From a virus (lineage: Duplodnaviria; Caudoviricetes): DNA of 38,883 nt. Both the position numbers and the translations under genes were made by a program. The stretch is taken from positions 1 to 38,883 of the IMG/VR virus record IMGVR_UViG_3300037722_000236, one strand, 5' to 3'. Below are positions 10,079-19,131 of the stretch, piece after piece. Positions within the stretch are counted from its first letter, which is position 1, and each line of letters opens with the position of its first letter. Under the pieces are notes generated by a model. That model saw nothing but the letters and a program-made list of their open reading frames with translations. It did not search any database and had not been told where the DNA came from.

Positions 10079-10491
10079 TTCTTCGGAATGTATTTGATTG
10101 CTACCTGAGTTGAATCACTAGCTGTTCCAGCGCCCTGAACCCGATAATAGGCAAATGGGCTATCTTGAACTACTACCTGCAAAACAGCACCATCCGTAAT
10201 AGTAAGGGTGTCGTTTGGATAGAAAGTAAATAGTCCAGAAGTTTCAGTTAATGTGACATAACTAGTGCCATCGACTGACCCTTGTAATACAAGCGTTCCG
10301 TCAGATGTTCCACCAGTCTCAGTACATAACGCCTGAATAGCAATAGTTCCGGCCAATGAACTTGAAATAGCCTCAAAATTGACTGTTTCAGCACCTTGCA
10401 AAGTGTCAACATCTAAAGTGTAAACACGCTGTGCATTTACGGTAACTGTTACCGCCAGCACAATTGAAATAAGCAATATTAACTTTTTCAT
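10075..10491 (-). CDS. Signal-peptide-bearing beta-rich protein in the head module
   Basis: MKKLILLISIVLAVTVTVNA-Q is a typical Sec signal with a V-x-A cleavage site. The mature part is Thr/Gly/Asp-rich (LQGSVDG). Confidence 0.7.
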   Translation of the reverse strand: MKKLILLISIVLAVTVTVNAQRVYTLDVDTLQGAETVNFEAISSSLAGTIAIQALCTETGGTSDGTLVLQGSVDGTSYVTLTETSGLFTFYPNDTLTITDGAVLQVVVQDSPFAYYRVQGAGTASDSTQVAIKYIPKK

Positions 10492-10502
10492 ATTATTACT
10501 TA

Positions 10503-11573
10503 TTAAGATGATAACAGTCCATAACCGTAAACCACAGAATCAGCCTTACCAGCCCATGTGTCAACAGCACGGAAGGAAGAAACAGGAGCGGCTAAGAAAG
10601 CCATATCCCAAGAGATTTCAACGAAGATCGCACGGTCTTGTTTGCTTCCATTAGAAGCAGAAGTATCAGCACGTTGAGCATACATGTGGATACCTGCATC
10701 AACAGTATAGGCCACATTGCCTTTATCGTCCAGAACGGGAACTTGGATAACGCCTTGGTCACCATTATAGCTCATTGCTTTGTTTTCATCCAAAGGTTTC
10801 CGGTTTTGTTTCGGAATCCACGGGAATACACCTGCTAAGTCCATCGGAACAGCAATCGCAGAACCATTGTATCCTGAATACAGGGTACGAGAGGTTTTAA
10901 CAAGACTTCCTGAACCAAACTGATAAGCCAAGTTTGTAGCGTTGGCATTACCTTGATTCAAGGAACGAACCATATCGGCATGAGAAAGGGAGTCAGCGAT
11001 AATCAACAATTCAGACATGAAGTCATTGTTGTTCATGTTGGCTTCGATTTGCTCTTTCCAATAATCTTTCTGGTCAGCGTTAATCTCCATCACATCATCA
11101 GTTACGTTGAATGTTCCACGAATACCACCGTAATTGATCTGTGTTGCATTTGCCAAAAGCTGTGCGATATACCAGATGTCAGCTTTGTTCAAGTTGTTGT
11201 ACACGCAGTTTTTAACACCGTAAGCAAAAGCCTCATCAAAAGACATGGTGTTATTATCTAACTGCTTTTCAGAGATTGAGAAAGTATCAACAAAGGTCTG
11301 CCATGTTAATTGAGTTCTCAATGAATCAGTCCGACCGCCACTATGGTTATACAACCGCTCAGTAGCCCCTGCATCAGCTTTCCGAATAGGAAAGTCATAA
11401 TAAGTAGCACGGTCTTCCCGTGTTCTCAACTCTGACAATGAAGGCATTGTCTTTTCACCCAAATATGCGGTACTCAAAGCCGCAGTATTAGGCGTCCTCC
11501 ATTCACCAGATAGATACCTTTCAGACACTTTAGAAATTGCCTGCAAAAGATTTGTTGGTGTGAAATTTGCCAT
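10503..11573 (-). CDS. Major capsid protein
   Basis: 356 aa, starts MANF, directly downstream of the scaffold-like gene. Size and composition are typical. Confidence 0.8.
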   Translation of the reverse strand: MANFTPTNLLQAISKVSERYLSGEWRTPNTAALSTAYLGEKTMPSLSELRTREDRATYYDFPIRKADAGATERLYNHSGGRTDSLRTQLTWQTFVDTFSISEKQLDNNTMSFDEAFAYGVKNCVYNNLNKADIWYIAQLLANATQINYGGIRGTFNVTDDVMEINADQKDYWKEQIEANMNNNDFMSELLIIADSLSHADMVRSLNQGNANATNLAYQFGSGSLVKTSRTLYSGYNGSAIAVPMDLAGVFPWIPKQNRKPLDENKAMSYNGDQGVIQVPVLDDKGNVAYTVDAGIHMYAQRADTSASNGSKQDRAIFVEISWDMAFLAAPVSSFRAVDTWAGKADSVVYGYGLLSS

Positions 11574-11656
11574 TTTTTTTAAAATTTAGAAATTAATACT
11601 TATGAAACTTTTTTGTTTTGAGTACCACTCATATTTTTTTGATCAATAACTACCAG

Positions 11657-12493
11657 TTATTTTTGTTGCAATTCTCTGAATAACTTCAACCCTTCCGGTG
11701 ATGTTGGCTGAATACCTTTTTCAATCAGGTATTTATGTGCTTGCTCGGCTGTTAGACCTCTTTTGTAAGAGTTATTGCCTCCACGGTCACCGCCACCCAT
11801 TCCACCTTCTTTCTTAATCCATCCCTTTTGTTCGGTGAAAGAACGAATTACATTTTCAAGTGATTCCGGTTCTCCTACAGGGTCAGTAAATGCTTTGTCT
11901 CCTTTTTTAATTATCATTTTACCGTCATTTTCTTCAAATAACAGGTTGTTTTTGATAATAAGTAAAGCATCACCCTTGTCCATCGAAATATCCTTTGGAA
12001 GCGAGCTAAGAATCTTATTGTTCAAGGCTTCCTCCTTGATCGCTTGTTCTTTCTGAGTGTATTTTGTTTTCCACTCGTCTACTTCCCCTTTGACTTCCTT
12101 ATGCGTATCAAAAAGCTTGGTGTATTTTTCCTCCCACTCTTTTGCCTTTTGTGCCTGTGATATAAGTTCGTCCGTTGGGGTCTGTGTTTTATACTTTTCT
12201 TCAAATAACTTTGATAGGTTCGTTTTAAATTTATCTGCAATAACAGATGGTTCTTTTTCTCCTGCATCAAGTTCAAGTTCTAGTCCTTTAGCTATCTCTT
12301 TGTATCCTATCTCTTTGCCTTGTTTGATAGCTGATTCGCGTAGGTTCTTTTGTTCTTCATCAGATAATATTTTACCTGATAAGCGCAAGTCAAGCGACAC
12401 TTCTTCTTCTGATGATAAAGCACCGCTTAGTTCATCCAATGGTTTTCCAAACACCGTTGAAATAACTTTTAAATCTGCTTGACTAATTGCCAT
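11657..12493 (-). CDS. Capsid scaffolding protein
   Basis: 278 aa charged coiled-coil with a Gly-rich linker (GGMGGGDRGG) and a short C-terminal helical domain, upstream of the capsid gene. Confidence 0.75.
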   Translation of the reverse strand: MAISQADLKVISTVFGKPLDELSGALSSEEEVSLDLRLSGKILSDEEQKNLRESAIKQGKEIGYKEIAKGLELELDAGEKEPSVIADKFKTNLSKLFEEKYKTQTPTDELISQAQKAKEWEEKYTKLFDTHKEVKGEVDEWKTKYTQKEQAIKEEALNNKILSSLPKDISMDKGDALLIIKNNLLFEENDGKMIIKKGDKAFTDPVGEPESLENVIRSFTEQKGWIKKEGGMGGGDRGGNNSYKRGLTAEQAHKYLIEKGIQPTSPEGLKLFRELQQK

Positions 12494-12499
12494 AGTTAA

Positions 12500-12886
12500 T
12501 TACTTTTTTGCTTCGTTAATTTTTTCGATCAATTTTTCTTCTTTCATTACGTGGGTATTTTTAACCCCAAGCTCTTTAGCCTCTTTCCTAAGTTCATCAA
12601 GTGAAGGAGCTTCTTCTTTAGGTTGGGCAGTCGCTTTCACTTCTTTTACTTCTTCGACCTTTTCAACCTCTTTTTTCGGTTCTTCTTTCTTGGGTTTCTG
12701 CAAGGCGTAATAAATACCGGATTCTTGCCACCCCTTGTTCAACACTTTAACATGCTGTTCTTGCAACCTGCAAGTACGAATAAGTTCACCCAATACTGGT
12801 TCTCCCTTGTCATCGACTGTAACCCGACCCGAATTGTAGTCTTTCTTAAGGTAGTACTTTTCGTAAGTTTTCAATTGTCCATTCAT
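12500..12886 (-). CDS. Head-module protein with C-terminal Rho-N/HeH-like helical domain
   Basis: C-terminal SLDELRKEAKELGVKNTHVMKEEKLIEKI after a Glu/Lys/Pro-rich linker. Confidence 0.65.
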   Translation of the reverse strand: MNGQLKTYEKYYLKKDYNSGRVTVDDKGEPVLGELIRTCRLQEQHVKVLNKGWQESGIYYALQKPKKEEPKKEVEKVEEVKEVKATAQPKEEAPSLDELRKEAKELGVKNTHVMKEEKLIEKINEAKK

Positions 12887-14520
12887 TTTGCTAATTTTTC
12901 ATTAATAAAATCACTGTAATCTTTGCGTAAGTCCTCAATCGGAGTCTCAATTATAAACTGAGTACTCCGCGAGTTTTTATAGTCAGTTACGAATAACTTT
13001 TTATGTAATTCGTTTGTCATTCCTAATTCTTGTATATCAGATATCTTTAGGTGTGGGAACGGGTCTAATGCGCTTAACTTCTTATTATATGCGTACATTT
13101 GATCATTATCCCTAAATTCACTTTCAAGGTATTGTTCCCAAATAATATCAGCCATAATGCTGTTATTGGATACGGTCACTAAGTCAGAATAAGACTTCTT
13201 AAGTTGGTCAGGCGTTTCAATTAAATACCTACGACCATAAACCACGTCTGATTTAACAAATGTTTCAGGGAAATAAAATTTACCGTAAATACTTGCTATT
13301 GAATTGTGGATTAATTGAACTGATTCTGTGTATCTGTTTAATTTATTGTTAACAGGTTGTGTATCGATAAAACGTCCGGTTGCAGTAGCATATTGGCTAC
13401 CTTCGTTCGACCCATATTCCAAAGATGTACCCCAATGGCTAAACATGATAATATTCCAAGTCCGGTCAACGGATTTCGTTTGTAAGTTCCATGATTCGCT
13501 CGGAGCTTCGATATATCCACCGGGGTTTGTGATCAGGTGTTCTTCTTTATCTGCCGGAACAGTTACCCGAATAACATCAGTTACATCCTTAGATTCCTGT
13601 AGCCCATTACCATGACACACAGGACAAGTTGTATCTAATGTTCCATCACGCCTGAGTTCACCACCTTGGATTTGACCTGTTCCATTACATCTTCGGCAAT
13701 CACTAACAAGCTCCCATGCCCTGGGATAACAATGAAAGAACTCAACGATATTAAGAACTGAATTGTCGGTCATGAACTTATTTAAAAGCTCGACCTGTGC
13801 ATCAATAGGTGATTTTTTCCATCCCGAAACAGGGTCTTCAACATCTGAGCATAGGGTAGCAGGAACAGCCCCGAAGTTATGTCCTCTTTCACTTAGCACA
13901 CGAACACCCTCTTTGTCTTTTATGCAACGATAATAAGCCGTTTCATCGACCGCCCAAAACATTTCAGCTTTAGGGTCTTTCTTTTTAGGGTCTTCATCAA
14001 ACAAGTACTCGTCAGGCTCAAATATTACCCAATCAACCTTAATCCCGTCTTGTTTGTAATTGCGAATAGACTGGATAGATTTATAAGCAGGATATATCTC
14101 ATTAGCATCGTCCGATACTTCCATGAATATTAACCCGTTTGGGTCAACGATATACTTATCAAACCAAACCCTGTGAATATATTGTGAAAGGTTGTAACCC
14201 GAATAAACGTCAATCAAGTTCATCACAAATTTTTTCTCAGCGACTTCCGCATTGGTATCAAAGACATATTTCTTATATCCCCCTTTTGCAGAAAAAACAC
14301 TATCGGTAGGTCTTAAAAGTCGGTCGGTGATAAACTTATTTGAGATAGCAAATTTGTCACGAGCCTTTTTTTGCGTTTCGTTTTCATATCCATTAATATC
14401 AGACAAAGCTTGCTCTAAGCCAATTCCATGAACATGGAGCATTAACTTGTTGTTATATTCCCTAGCCCACTTTATTCGCTCGTCAGGTGTTAAGTATTTT
14501 TCTTCTAAATTGTCAATCAC
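12883..14520 (-). CDS. Portal protein with DnaJ-type zinc-finger insertion
   Basis: 545 aa, downstream of TerL. HNFGAVP resembles the SPP1-type portal HxxGxVP motif. Contains CRRCNGTG and CPVCHGNG. Confidence 0.85.
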   Translation of the reverse strand: MIDNLEEKYLTPDERIKWAREYNNKLMLHVHGIGLEQALSDINGYENETQKKARDKFAISNKFITDRLLRPTDSVFSAKGGYKKYVFDTNAEVAEKKFVMNLIDVYSGYNLSQYIHRVWFDKYIVDPNGLIFMEVSDDANEIYPAYKSIQSIRNYKQDGIKVDWVIFEPDEYLFDEDPKKKDPKAEMFWAVDETAYYRCIKDKEGVRVLSERGHNFGAVPATLCSDVEDPVSGWKKSPIDAQVELLNKFMTDNSVLNIVEFFHCYPRAWELVSDCRRCNGTGQIQGGELRRDGTLDTTCPVCHGNGLQESKDVTDVIRVTVPADKEEHLITNPGGYIEAPSESWNLQTKSVDRTWNIIMFSHWGTSLEYGSNEGSQYATATGRFIDTQPVNNKLNRYTESVQLIHNSIASIYGKFYFPETFVKSDVVYGRRYLIETPDQLKKSYSDLVTVSNNSIMADIIWEQYLESEFRDNDQMYAYNKKLSALDPFPHLKISDIQELGMTNELHKKLFVTDYKNSRSTQFIIETPIEDLRKDYSDFINEKLAK

Positions 14521-14588
14521 TTTTTTAAGTGTTTGAAGTAATTAATTTGTCACCAACGCTTTTGCGTATCATGACCATAAATATAAAA

Positions 14589-14610
14589 CAAATTTATAGA
14601 TATTTTCTAT
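14589..14610 (-). promoter_or_regulatory. Promoter -7 element with abutting palindromic box upstream of portal
   Basis: TAAATTTG (minus, 14589-14596) next to ATAGATATTTTCTAT (14596-14610). Confidence 0.6.
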
Positions 14611-14633
14611 ATAATATGCTATATCAATAGATT

Positions 14634-15029
14634 TTATTTATTAAACTGATTGTTTTTAACTTCCAGAATGCTTTTTACTATCCATTCTACTAAATAAGCA
14701 TCAGCCTCCATCCCTATCTTGTCTTCACATAAATGCTCCCAAATATATCTGGCTGCATGTGTGGCTTCATGTGCTATAGTAGTTAGACTGCATGCTTTTT
14801 TGTTCTTAAACACAATCAATATTCCATAGTCTTTAGTTCTCGATAGCATTATATCAGAACAAACAAAAGCATCAGTGAAGCTTTTTAGTTCTGACAGGTC
14901 TATCCTGCTATGATTTGAACTTTCTATAAAATTGTTAGCTATCTCGTCAAGGTCATCTGATATCATAACCCAAAGATTAATAGGATATATTACAGGGTCA
15001 AACTGATGGATTTGAACTTTTTTTGTCAT
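14634..15029 (-). CDS. HExxH metallopeptidase-like protein
   Basis: TIAHEATHAA plus a downstream EADAY motif. Confidence 0.65.
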   Translation of the reverse strand: MTKKVQIHQFDPVIYPINLWVMISDDLDEIANNFIESSNHSRIDLSELKSFTDAFVCSDIMLSRTKDYGILIVFKNKKACSLTTIAHEATHAARYIWEHLCEDKIGMEADAYLVEWIVKSILEVKNNQFNK

Positions 15030-16273
15030 AGGATTCTTTGTCGTTTCATGGCTTTATTCTTCATTATGCTATAGCGTGAAGCGTCAAATAAATGATTATA
15101 TTTATCAATAGGCTGATTAATCTGGATACCATTTACCGACCGCCATCTATATTGTTGTTGCTCTTTTAGGAAATTAGATTTGTCAATTTCTCCGTTTGCT
15201 TTTCTTACCGTCCTAACAATGTGTATTCTAAATTCTTTCATCTTATTTATCCAATACACAATATCTTGTGTTTTACGTACCTTATCGATATTCCAGCCTA
15301 GCCGCTTCAAGTCTTTGACCATCTCCATGCCTCCTTTGGTCGCTGAAACATACTTATCGGACGAATCAGCAATGATAGGCAAGTAACGTTCTATTCCTAT
15401 TCCATCTAGCATTTCAGAGATAGCCTGTGGGCTGTCTATAGGCTCATAACATTTCTCTTCCAGAAACAAATCTTTGCCATATATTGCTGTCTTTACAAGG
15501 GCTGTGGGGTCTGAAATATAGCCGAAATCAAGACCATACCAATAATCTAAATTCTGTGGGAACTCATCAATCCAATCAACATATTTGAAAATTACCCCCT
15601 CCGGCTGCGCCCCAATACCAAGCCCGTAAACCTGCCACATAAAATCATCAGCAGTACCATTTGCTATATTACGTGGATTAGATGGGTCATAAGCTTTAAT
15701 CTCATCAATAATCCTTTGGGGCAGGAATGGATTATCCAGCATGGTAGAATGAGATTTGTAAATCTTTGGCCGTGAAAGAATGGTATCAATAATCCAGTGT
15801 TCAGTAAAACATGGGTTATAGTCCATTATGAAAAACTCATTCAATCGTTGATTTAACTGCCTAAAAGCATCCAAGTCAGCTTCAAATGCCTCGTTAATCC
15901 AAACTACATCATGAGCCTCCCCGTGCGCCCCACCAGAATCTAGACCTGAAAAGTAGATTGTGGTATTGTAATGTTTGTATTGCTGTGGATGAGATTTAAC
16001 GTGGTTTTCTTCTTTATACATCCCATACTCTTTAAGTATGTTAAAGAAGTCCTTCATGATTGTTTTTTTCAGGTCGGAGTATTGTTGACGGGCAATCAGT
16101 ACGTCTTTATTCTTTTTAGCGTTGTATTGGCAATATAATAATATGAATTGTATAATAGCGTAGCTTTTACCTGACCTCGATCCGCCAGACAAAACATAAC
16201 CATCATACTTTTTAGAAAGATATGCTTGATGTAAATCATCAAATACTTTCCCTGCTCTTAATTCTACTCCCAT
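15026..16273 (-). CDS. terL: Terminase large subunit (PBSX family)
   Basis: Walker A GGSRSGKS, Walker B VVWINEA, DYNP, nuclease GLDFGY..DPTA and PIDKYNHLFDASRY. Confidence 0.95.
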   Translation of the reverse strand: MGVELRAGKVFDDLHQAYLSKKYDGYVLSGGSRSGKSYAIIQFILLYCQYNAKKNKDVLIARQQYSDLKKTIMKDFFNILKEYGMYKEENHVKSHPQQYKHYNTTIYFSGLDSGGAHGEAHDVVWINEAFEADLDAFRQLNQRLNEFFIMDYNPCFTEHWIIDTILSRPKIYKSHSTMLDNPFLPQRIIDEIKAYDPSNPRNIANGTADDFMWQVYGLGIGAQPEGVIFKYVDWIDEFPQNLDYWYGLDFGYISDPTALVKTAIYGKDLFLEEKCYEPIDSPQAISEMLDGIGIERYLPIIADSSDKYVSATKGGMEMVKDLKRLGWNIDKVRKTQDIVYWINKMKEFRIHIVRTVRKANGEIDKSNFLKEQQQYRWRSVNGIQINQPIDKYNHLFDASRYSIMKNKAMKRQRIL

Positions 16274-16281
16274 GTGTTATT

Positions 16282-16572
16282 TTAATGCCTCTTTTTTATT
16301 CTGGTCAGACCATCCCAAGCACCTATAAGGTTAGCTTTCATGTCTAGCCACTCAGCCTGTCCTTTTCCCATCCATTTATCGTAGATGATCTCTTTTGCCG
16401 CTCCAAGACAAAGTATCAAAAAAGCACCTGATAACAGAAATAAGATTAGCCATAAGCTAAAACGACCAGCTAGTGTAAAAGCCAATATTGGAACGAATCC
16501 CAAAATCAATCCTGTTCGTGACCAATTAAATGACTTTCTGTAGTGTGCGACTTTATCCGGTGTCCATTCCAT
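16282..16572 (-). CDS. Small membrane protein (KExxxD motif)
   Basis: Two hydrophobic helices followed by GAAKEIIYDK...DMKANLIG. Confidence 0.65.
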   Translation of the reverse strand: MEWTPDKVAHYRKSFNWSRTGLILGFVPILAFTLAGRFSLWLILFLLSGAFLILCLGAAKEIIYDKWMGKGQAEWLDMKANLIGAWDGLTRIKKRH

Positions 16573-16623
16573 CGTTTAAAAAGGTTTGCAATGTGTTAAT
16601 TATAAACTAAATCAATTGATAGT

Positions 16624-16647
16624 CAAATTTAGATAGATTTTCCCTAT
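16624..16647 (-). promoter_or_regulatory. Promoter for the TerL operon with palindromic box
   Basis: TAAATTTG (minus, 16624-16631) and ATAGATTTTCCCTAT (16633-16647). Confidence 0.55.
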
Positions 16648-16657
16648 TATGCAACAC

Positions 16658-16685
16658 AAAAAAAAGACTGATAATTTCAGCCTTT
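16658..16685 (-). terminator. Intrinsic terminator
   Basis: AAAGGCTGA-AATTA-TCAGTCTTTTTTTT on the minus strand. Confidence 0.65.
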
Positions 16686-16759
16686 AATTTTGATGGTCAA
16701 AGTTTAATTTTTCGACCTAAAAATATTTAATATTATTCTCTAATTAATTATTGATTATC

Positions 16760-17158
16760 TAACAAACTTACCCATGCTATGTAAGACTCTCGGTGGTTAA
16801 AGGGCATAGTTCGTCCTAGTGAACCATGCCTTATTCTTACTATGCTCCGTTGAGCTCCCAGCAGTCATCAGGCCCTTGTCTTTACAGGATTAAACAAGGT
16901 CGAAGGCTTATACGGCTGTACTGTGCCGTGATAGCTGTCATCCTTCTTTCGTTCTGACACGGTGTTATGCTATCTCCCTCTGATCACACCTTTTTAAATG
17001 CTTGTACCCAGCGAGTCTATTTGAACGTACAAATACAAGCAAAAAACCCCCAACAAATCAATGTTGAGGGTTAAATGTTTTGACATGAGTACACCAAATG
17101 TCCAACCGCTGTTGGAAGATAGTTTCTTGATATCTATGTTTGCATCCGGTGTTCTCAT
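16760..17158 (-). ncRNA. Candidate structured non-coding RNA (leader/attenuator plus multi-hairpin domain)
   Basis: ORF-free, GC-richer stretch between the promoter at 17163-17170 and the terminator at 16658, with at least six clear stems. Confidence 0.5.
17041..17072 (-). terminator. Intrinsic terminator/attenuator inside the ncRNA region
   Basis: AACCCTCAAC-ATTGATTT-GTTGGGGGTT followed by a T run on the minus strand. Confidence 0.7.
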
Positions 17159-17162
17159 ACCC

Positions 17163-17203
17163 CAAATATATGAAAAACTTTTTACAACATAGATATTTTC
17201 TAT
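17163..17203 (-). promoter_or_regulatory. Promoter with palindromic box
   Basis: TATATTTG (minus, 17163-17170) and ATAGATATTTTCTAT (17189-17203) over the -33 region. Confidence 0.65.
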
Positions 17204-17219
17204 TGAAAATTATTTTTTA

Positions 17220-17633
17220 TCACTTATATAATATTTGATATCCCAAGTCTGTATTTAATTTGCCTGTTCCATTGCATGATCCACAATTTACTGTATTAGT
17301 TTCTCCTCCACGTAGTCCACGACCCTTGCAGTATGGGCATTTTGTGTATAAATTAAGTGTTGAAATATCTTTAGACCTTATAATGATATTGCACTTCTCT
17401 TTATATTCACAGCGATTATAGTTATCTTCAAAAGGGTTCATACTTCTAAACCCTTTCAATACGAAACAATAACCAAACCACAAGAAACGACCATCTACGA
17501 TAGTGGGCAAGAAACAAAACTTCTTCTCTATGGTGAATTTTCTGTAATGTGTATGCTTGAACTCATACACCAGCCTATAGGCTGGTGTATGAGCTAGTGA
17601 TTTTCTATATGCTATTTTTTCATACTTATTCAT
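17220..17633 (-). CDS. Protein with C-terminal DnaJ-type zinc finger
   Basis: CPYCKGRG...CGSCNGTG. Confidence 0.65.
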   Translation of the reverse strand: MNKYEKIAYRKSLAHTPAYRLVYEFKHTHYRKFTIEKKFCFLPTIVDGRFLWFGYCFVLKGFRSMNPFEDNYNRCEYKEKCNIIIRSKDISTLNLYTKCPYCKGRGLRGGETNTVNCGSCNGTGKLNTDLGYQILYK

Positions 17634-17650
17634 TGCATAACAGTTATTTT

Positions 17651-17809
17651 TTATCGTTGCAATTTACCGCTCAACCATTTGATGACTCTTCTCATCAACT
17701 TACCTAAAAGACTATTGTCAATTTCACGTTTGAATTTTAGTTTTGCAACTTCCAACTCAGGAATCATCCATGAGTTTCGTTGATTCTGTGTAAAGATAGG
17801 CTTTCCCAT
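17651..17809 (-). CDS. Small hypothetical protein (52 aa, below track cutoff)
   Basis: MGKPIFTQNQRNSWMIPELEVAKLKFKREIDNSLLGKLMRRVIKWLSGKLQR fills the gap between neighbours. Confidence 0.6.
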   Translation of the reverse strand: MGKPIFTQNQRNSWMIPELEVAKLKFKREIDNSLLGKLMRRVIKWLSGKLQR

Positions 17810-17811
17810 GG

Positions 17812-18060
17812 TCAAAGCTTAGAAACTTTAATAGCCATATTTCTATAAGGGTCACCGCTTATTGTCTGTGTATCGACATCACGCTTCATTGATTGTTCGA
17901 TGAACGATTTAAACTGTTCCCATTCTTCTTCCTCCATCGTAAAATCAAATTGTTTGTCTTGGTGTACGACCGTAAAGCCAATACTTCCTTCGGAATAGTC
18001 AATGTACATCTGTGCTTGACCACTGTTCCCATTTTCTGAATTTAATGATAGTTGTAACAT
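17812..18060 (-). CDS. Hypothetical protein
   Basis: 82 aa, in operon orientation with an A-rich leader. Confidence 0.6.
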   Translation of the reverse strand: MLQLSLNSENGNSGQAQMYIDYSEGSIGFTVVHQDKQFDFTMEEEEWEQFKSFIEQSMKRDVDTQTISGDPYRNMAIKVSKL

Positions 18061-18086
18061 GTTTTTGTGTTTTAGGATTTGATCTA

Positions 18087-18509
18087 TTAAAATGGAAGGT
18101 CGTCGGGTTCATCAATCACATCCGGCTCTGACTGACCTTTAGGTTCTGGCTCGTATGCCGATATTGCATCTTTTTGATCTTTGGACAGAAATGGATTCTT
18201 CATAAATTCTTGTTCTTGGTCAACCACTTCTTCTTTCTTGACATTAAAAGCATTGATGTTGTGATACCATTTGCCGTTAAATTCACGCGATTCAACACTA
18301 AATAGTACACTTACCTTATCATTGACCTGAACACCGCTTAAAAAGTCCGTATTAGCGTTAAAAAGGGTAAAACAAATATTCTTTGGATACTGTTCCTCTG
18401 TTTCAACAACAAACTCCTGCTTGTTCCACTCTTTACCTGATTTTGATACCCCTGATGTTGGGTCCAGGATTTCAAGTACTCTGCCTTGTATTTTTAATGG
18501 GTCTGACAT
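18087..18509 (-). CDS. DUF3127-type single-stranded DNA-binding protein
   Basis: SKSGKEWNKQEFVVETEEQYPKNICF...SREFNGKWY, with acidic tail DDLPF. Likely start MSDPLKIQG at 18509. Confidence 0.85.
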   Translation of the reverse strand: MSDPLKIQGRVLEILDPTSGVSKSGKEWNKQEFVVETEEQYPKNICFTLFNANTDFLSGVQVNDKVSVLFSVESREFNGKWYHNINAFNVKKEEVVDQEQEFMKNPFLSKDQKDAISAYEPEPKGQSEPDVIDEPDDLPF

Positions 18510-18652
18510 ATTAAATAGATTTAAGTTATTATTTTGATTTGTTTGTCGGTTAAATGCTGTATTTGCTTTTTTAAACAGCTCTGTGAACCTTTCATGGTCA
18601 GATTGTGATAGTCCGACCATTGGGATTAAAAGGATTGCTAGAATGATTGTTT

Positions 18653-18862
18653 TCATAGCTGTTCAAGTTCGTGTTTAACTCCCGTCCAATAATAAGTACA
18701 TCCATCCTGAGTGCATGAAGATAGAATTTGATTCACGGTCACCAACGATGCTTTAATAGCCAATAGACTGACCAAACATTCCTCTCCTTTATCTGAATCA
18801 GAATCAAATAAAACAAGGTAATGCTGATTGAATATTTCTTGTGCTTTTTCTTTTTCGGTCAT
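18653..18862 (-). CDS. Hypothetical protein (MTxKEKA...YW family)
   Basis: Similar to its neighbour 18867-19094. Confidence 0.65.
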   Translation of the reverse strand: MTEKEKAQEIFNQHYLVLFDSDSDKGEECLVSLLAIKASLVTVNQILSSCTQDGCTYYWTGVKHELEQL

Positions 18863-18866
18863 TGTT

Positions 18867-19094
18867 TTATATTTTAAGGCTGTTTAATTCTTCTTTTACT
18901 TCCTCCCAATAATAAAATCGCCTTACTAATTTACCAGTTAGCTCAATCTTAAAATCATCTAACATGTGATTTTCAGACATAATTTCATCACAACATTTCA
19001 TTGCACTCCTTATGCTAGCAATATTTGGCTTGACAACATCGGAAGGGGAGCAGAATGTTAATGCAAGTTCTTTTGCTTTTTGTTTTGGTGTCAT
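18867..19094 (-). CDS. Hypothetical protein (MTPKQKA...YWEEVKEEL family)
   Basis: Shares N- and C-terminal motifs with 18653-18862. Confidence 0.65.
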   Translation of the reverse strand: MTPKQKAKELALTFCSPSDVVKPNIASIRSAMKCCDEIMSENHMLDDFKIELTGKLVRRFYYWEEVKEELNSLKI

Positions 19095-19131
19095 AACTTT
19101 AGACTTTTAAGGTTTGAATTAACTGTCTTCA

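Noticed and set aside
11775-12482. Plus-strand ORFs 11775-12056 and 12057-12482
   Set aside because: Ser/Phe-rich antisense shadows of the scaffold gene.
16282-16572. Holin call for the membrane protein
   Set aside because: No adjacent endolysin, and the KExxxD motif suggests another membrane family.
16840-16880. Hammerhead ribozyme at CTGATGA (minus strand)
   Set aside because: No correctly placed GAAA after stem II and no stem I/III partner was found.
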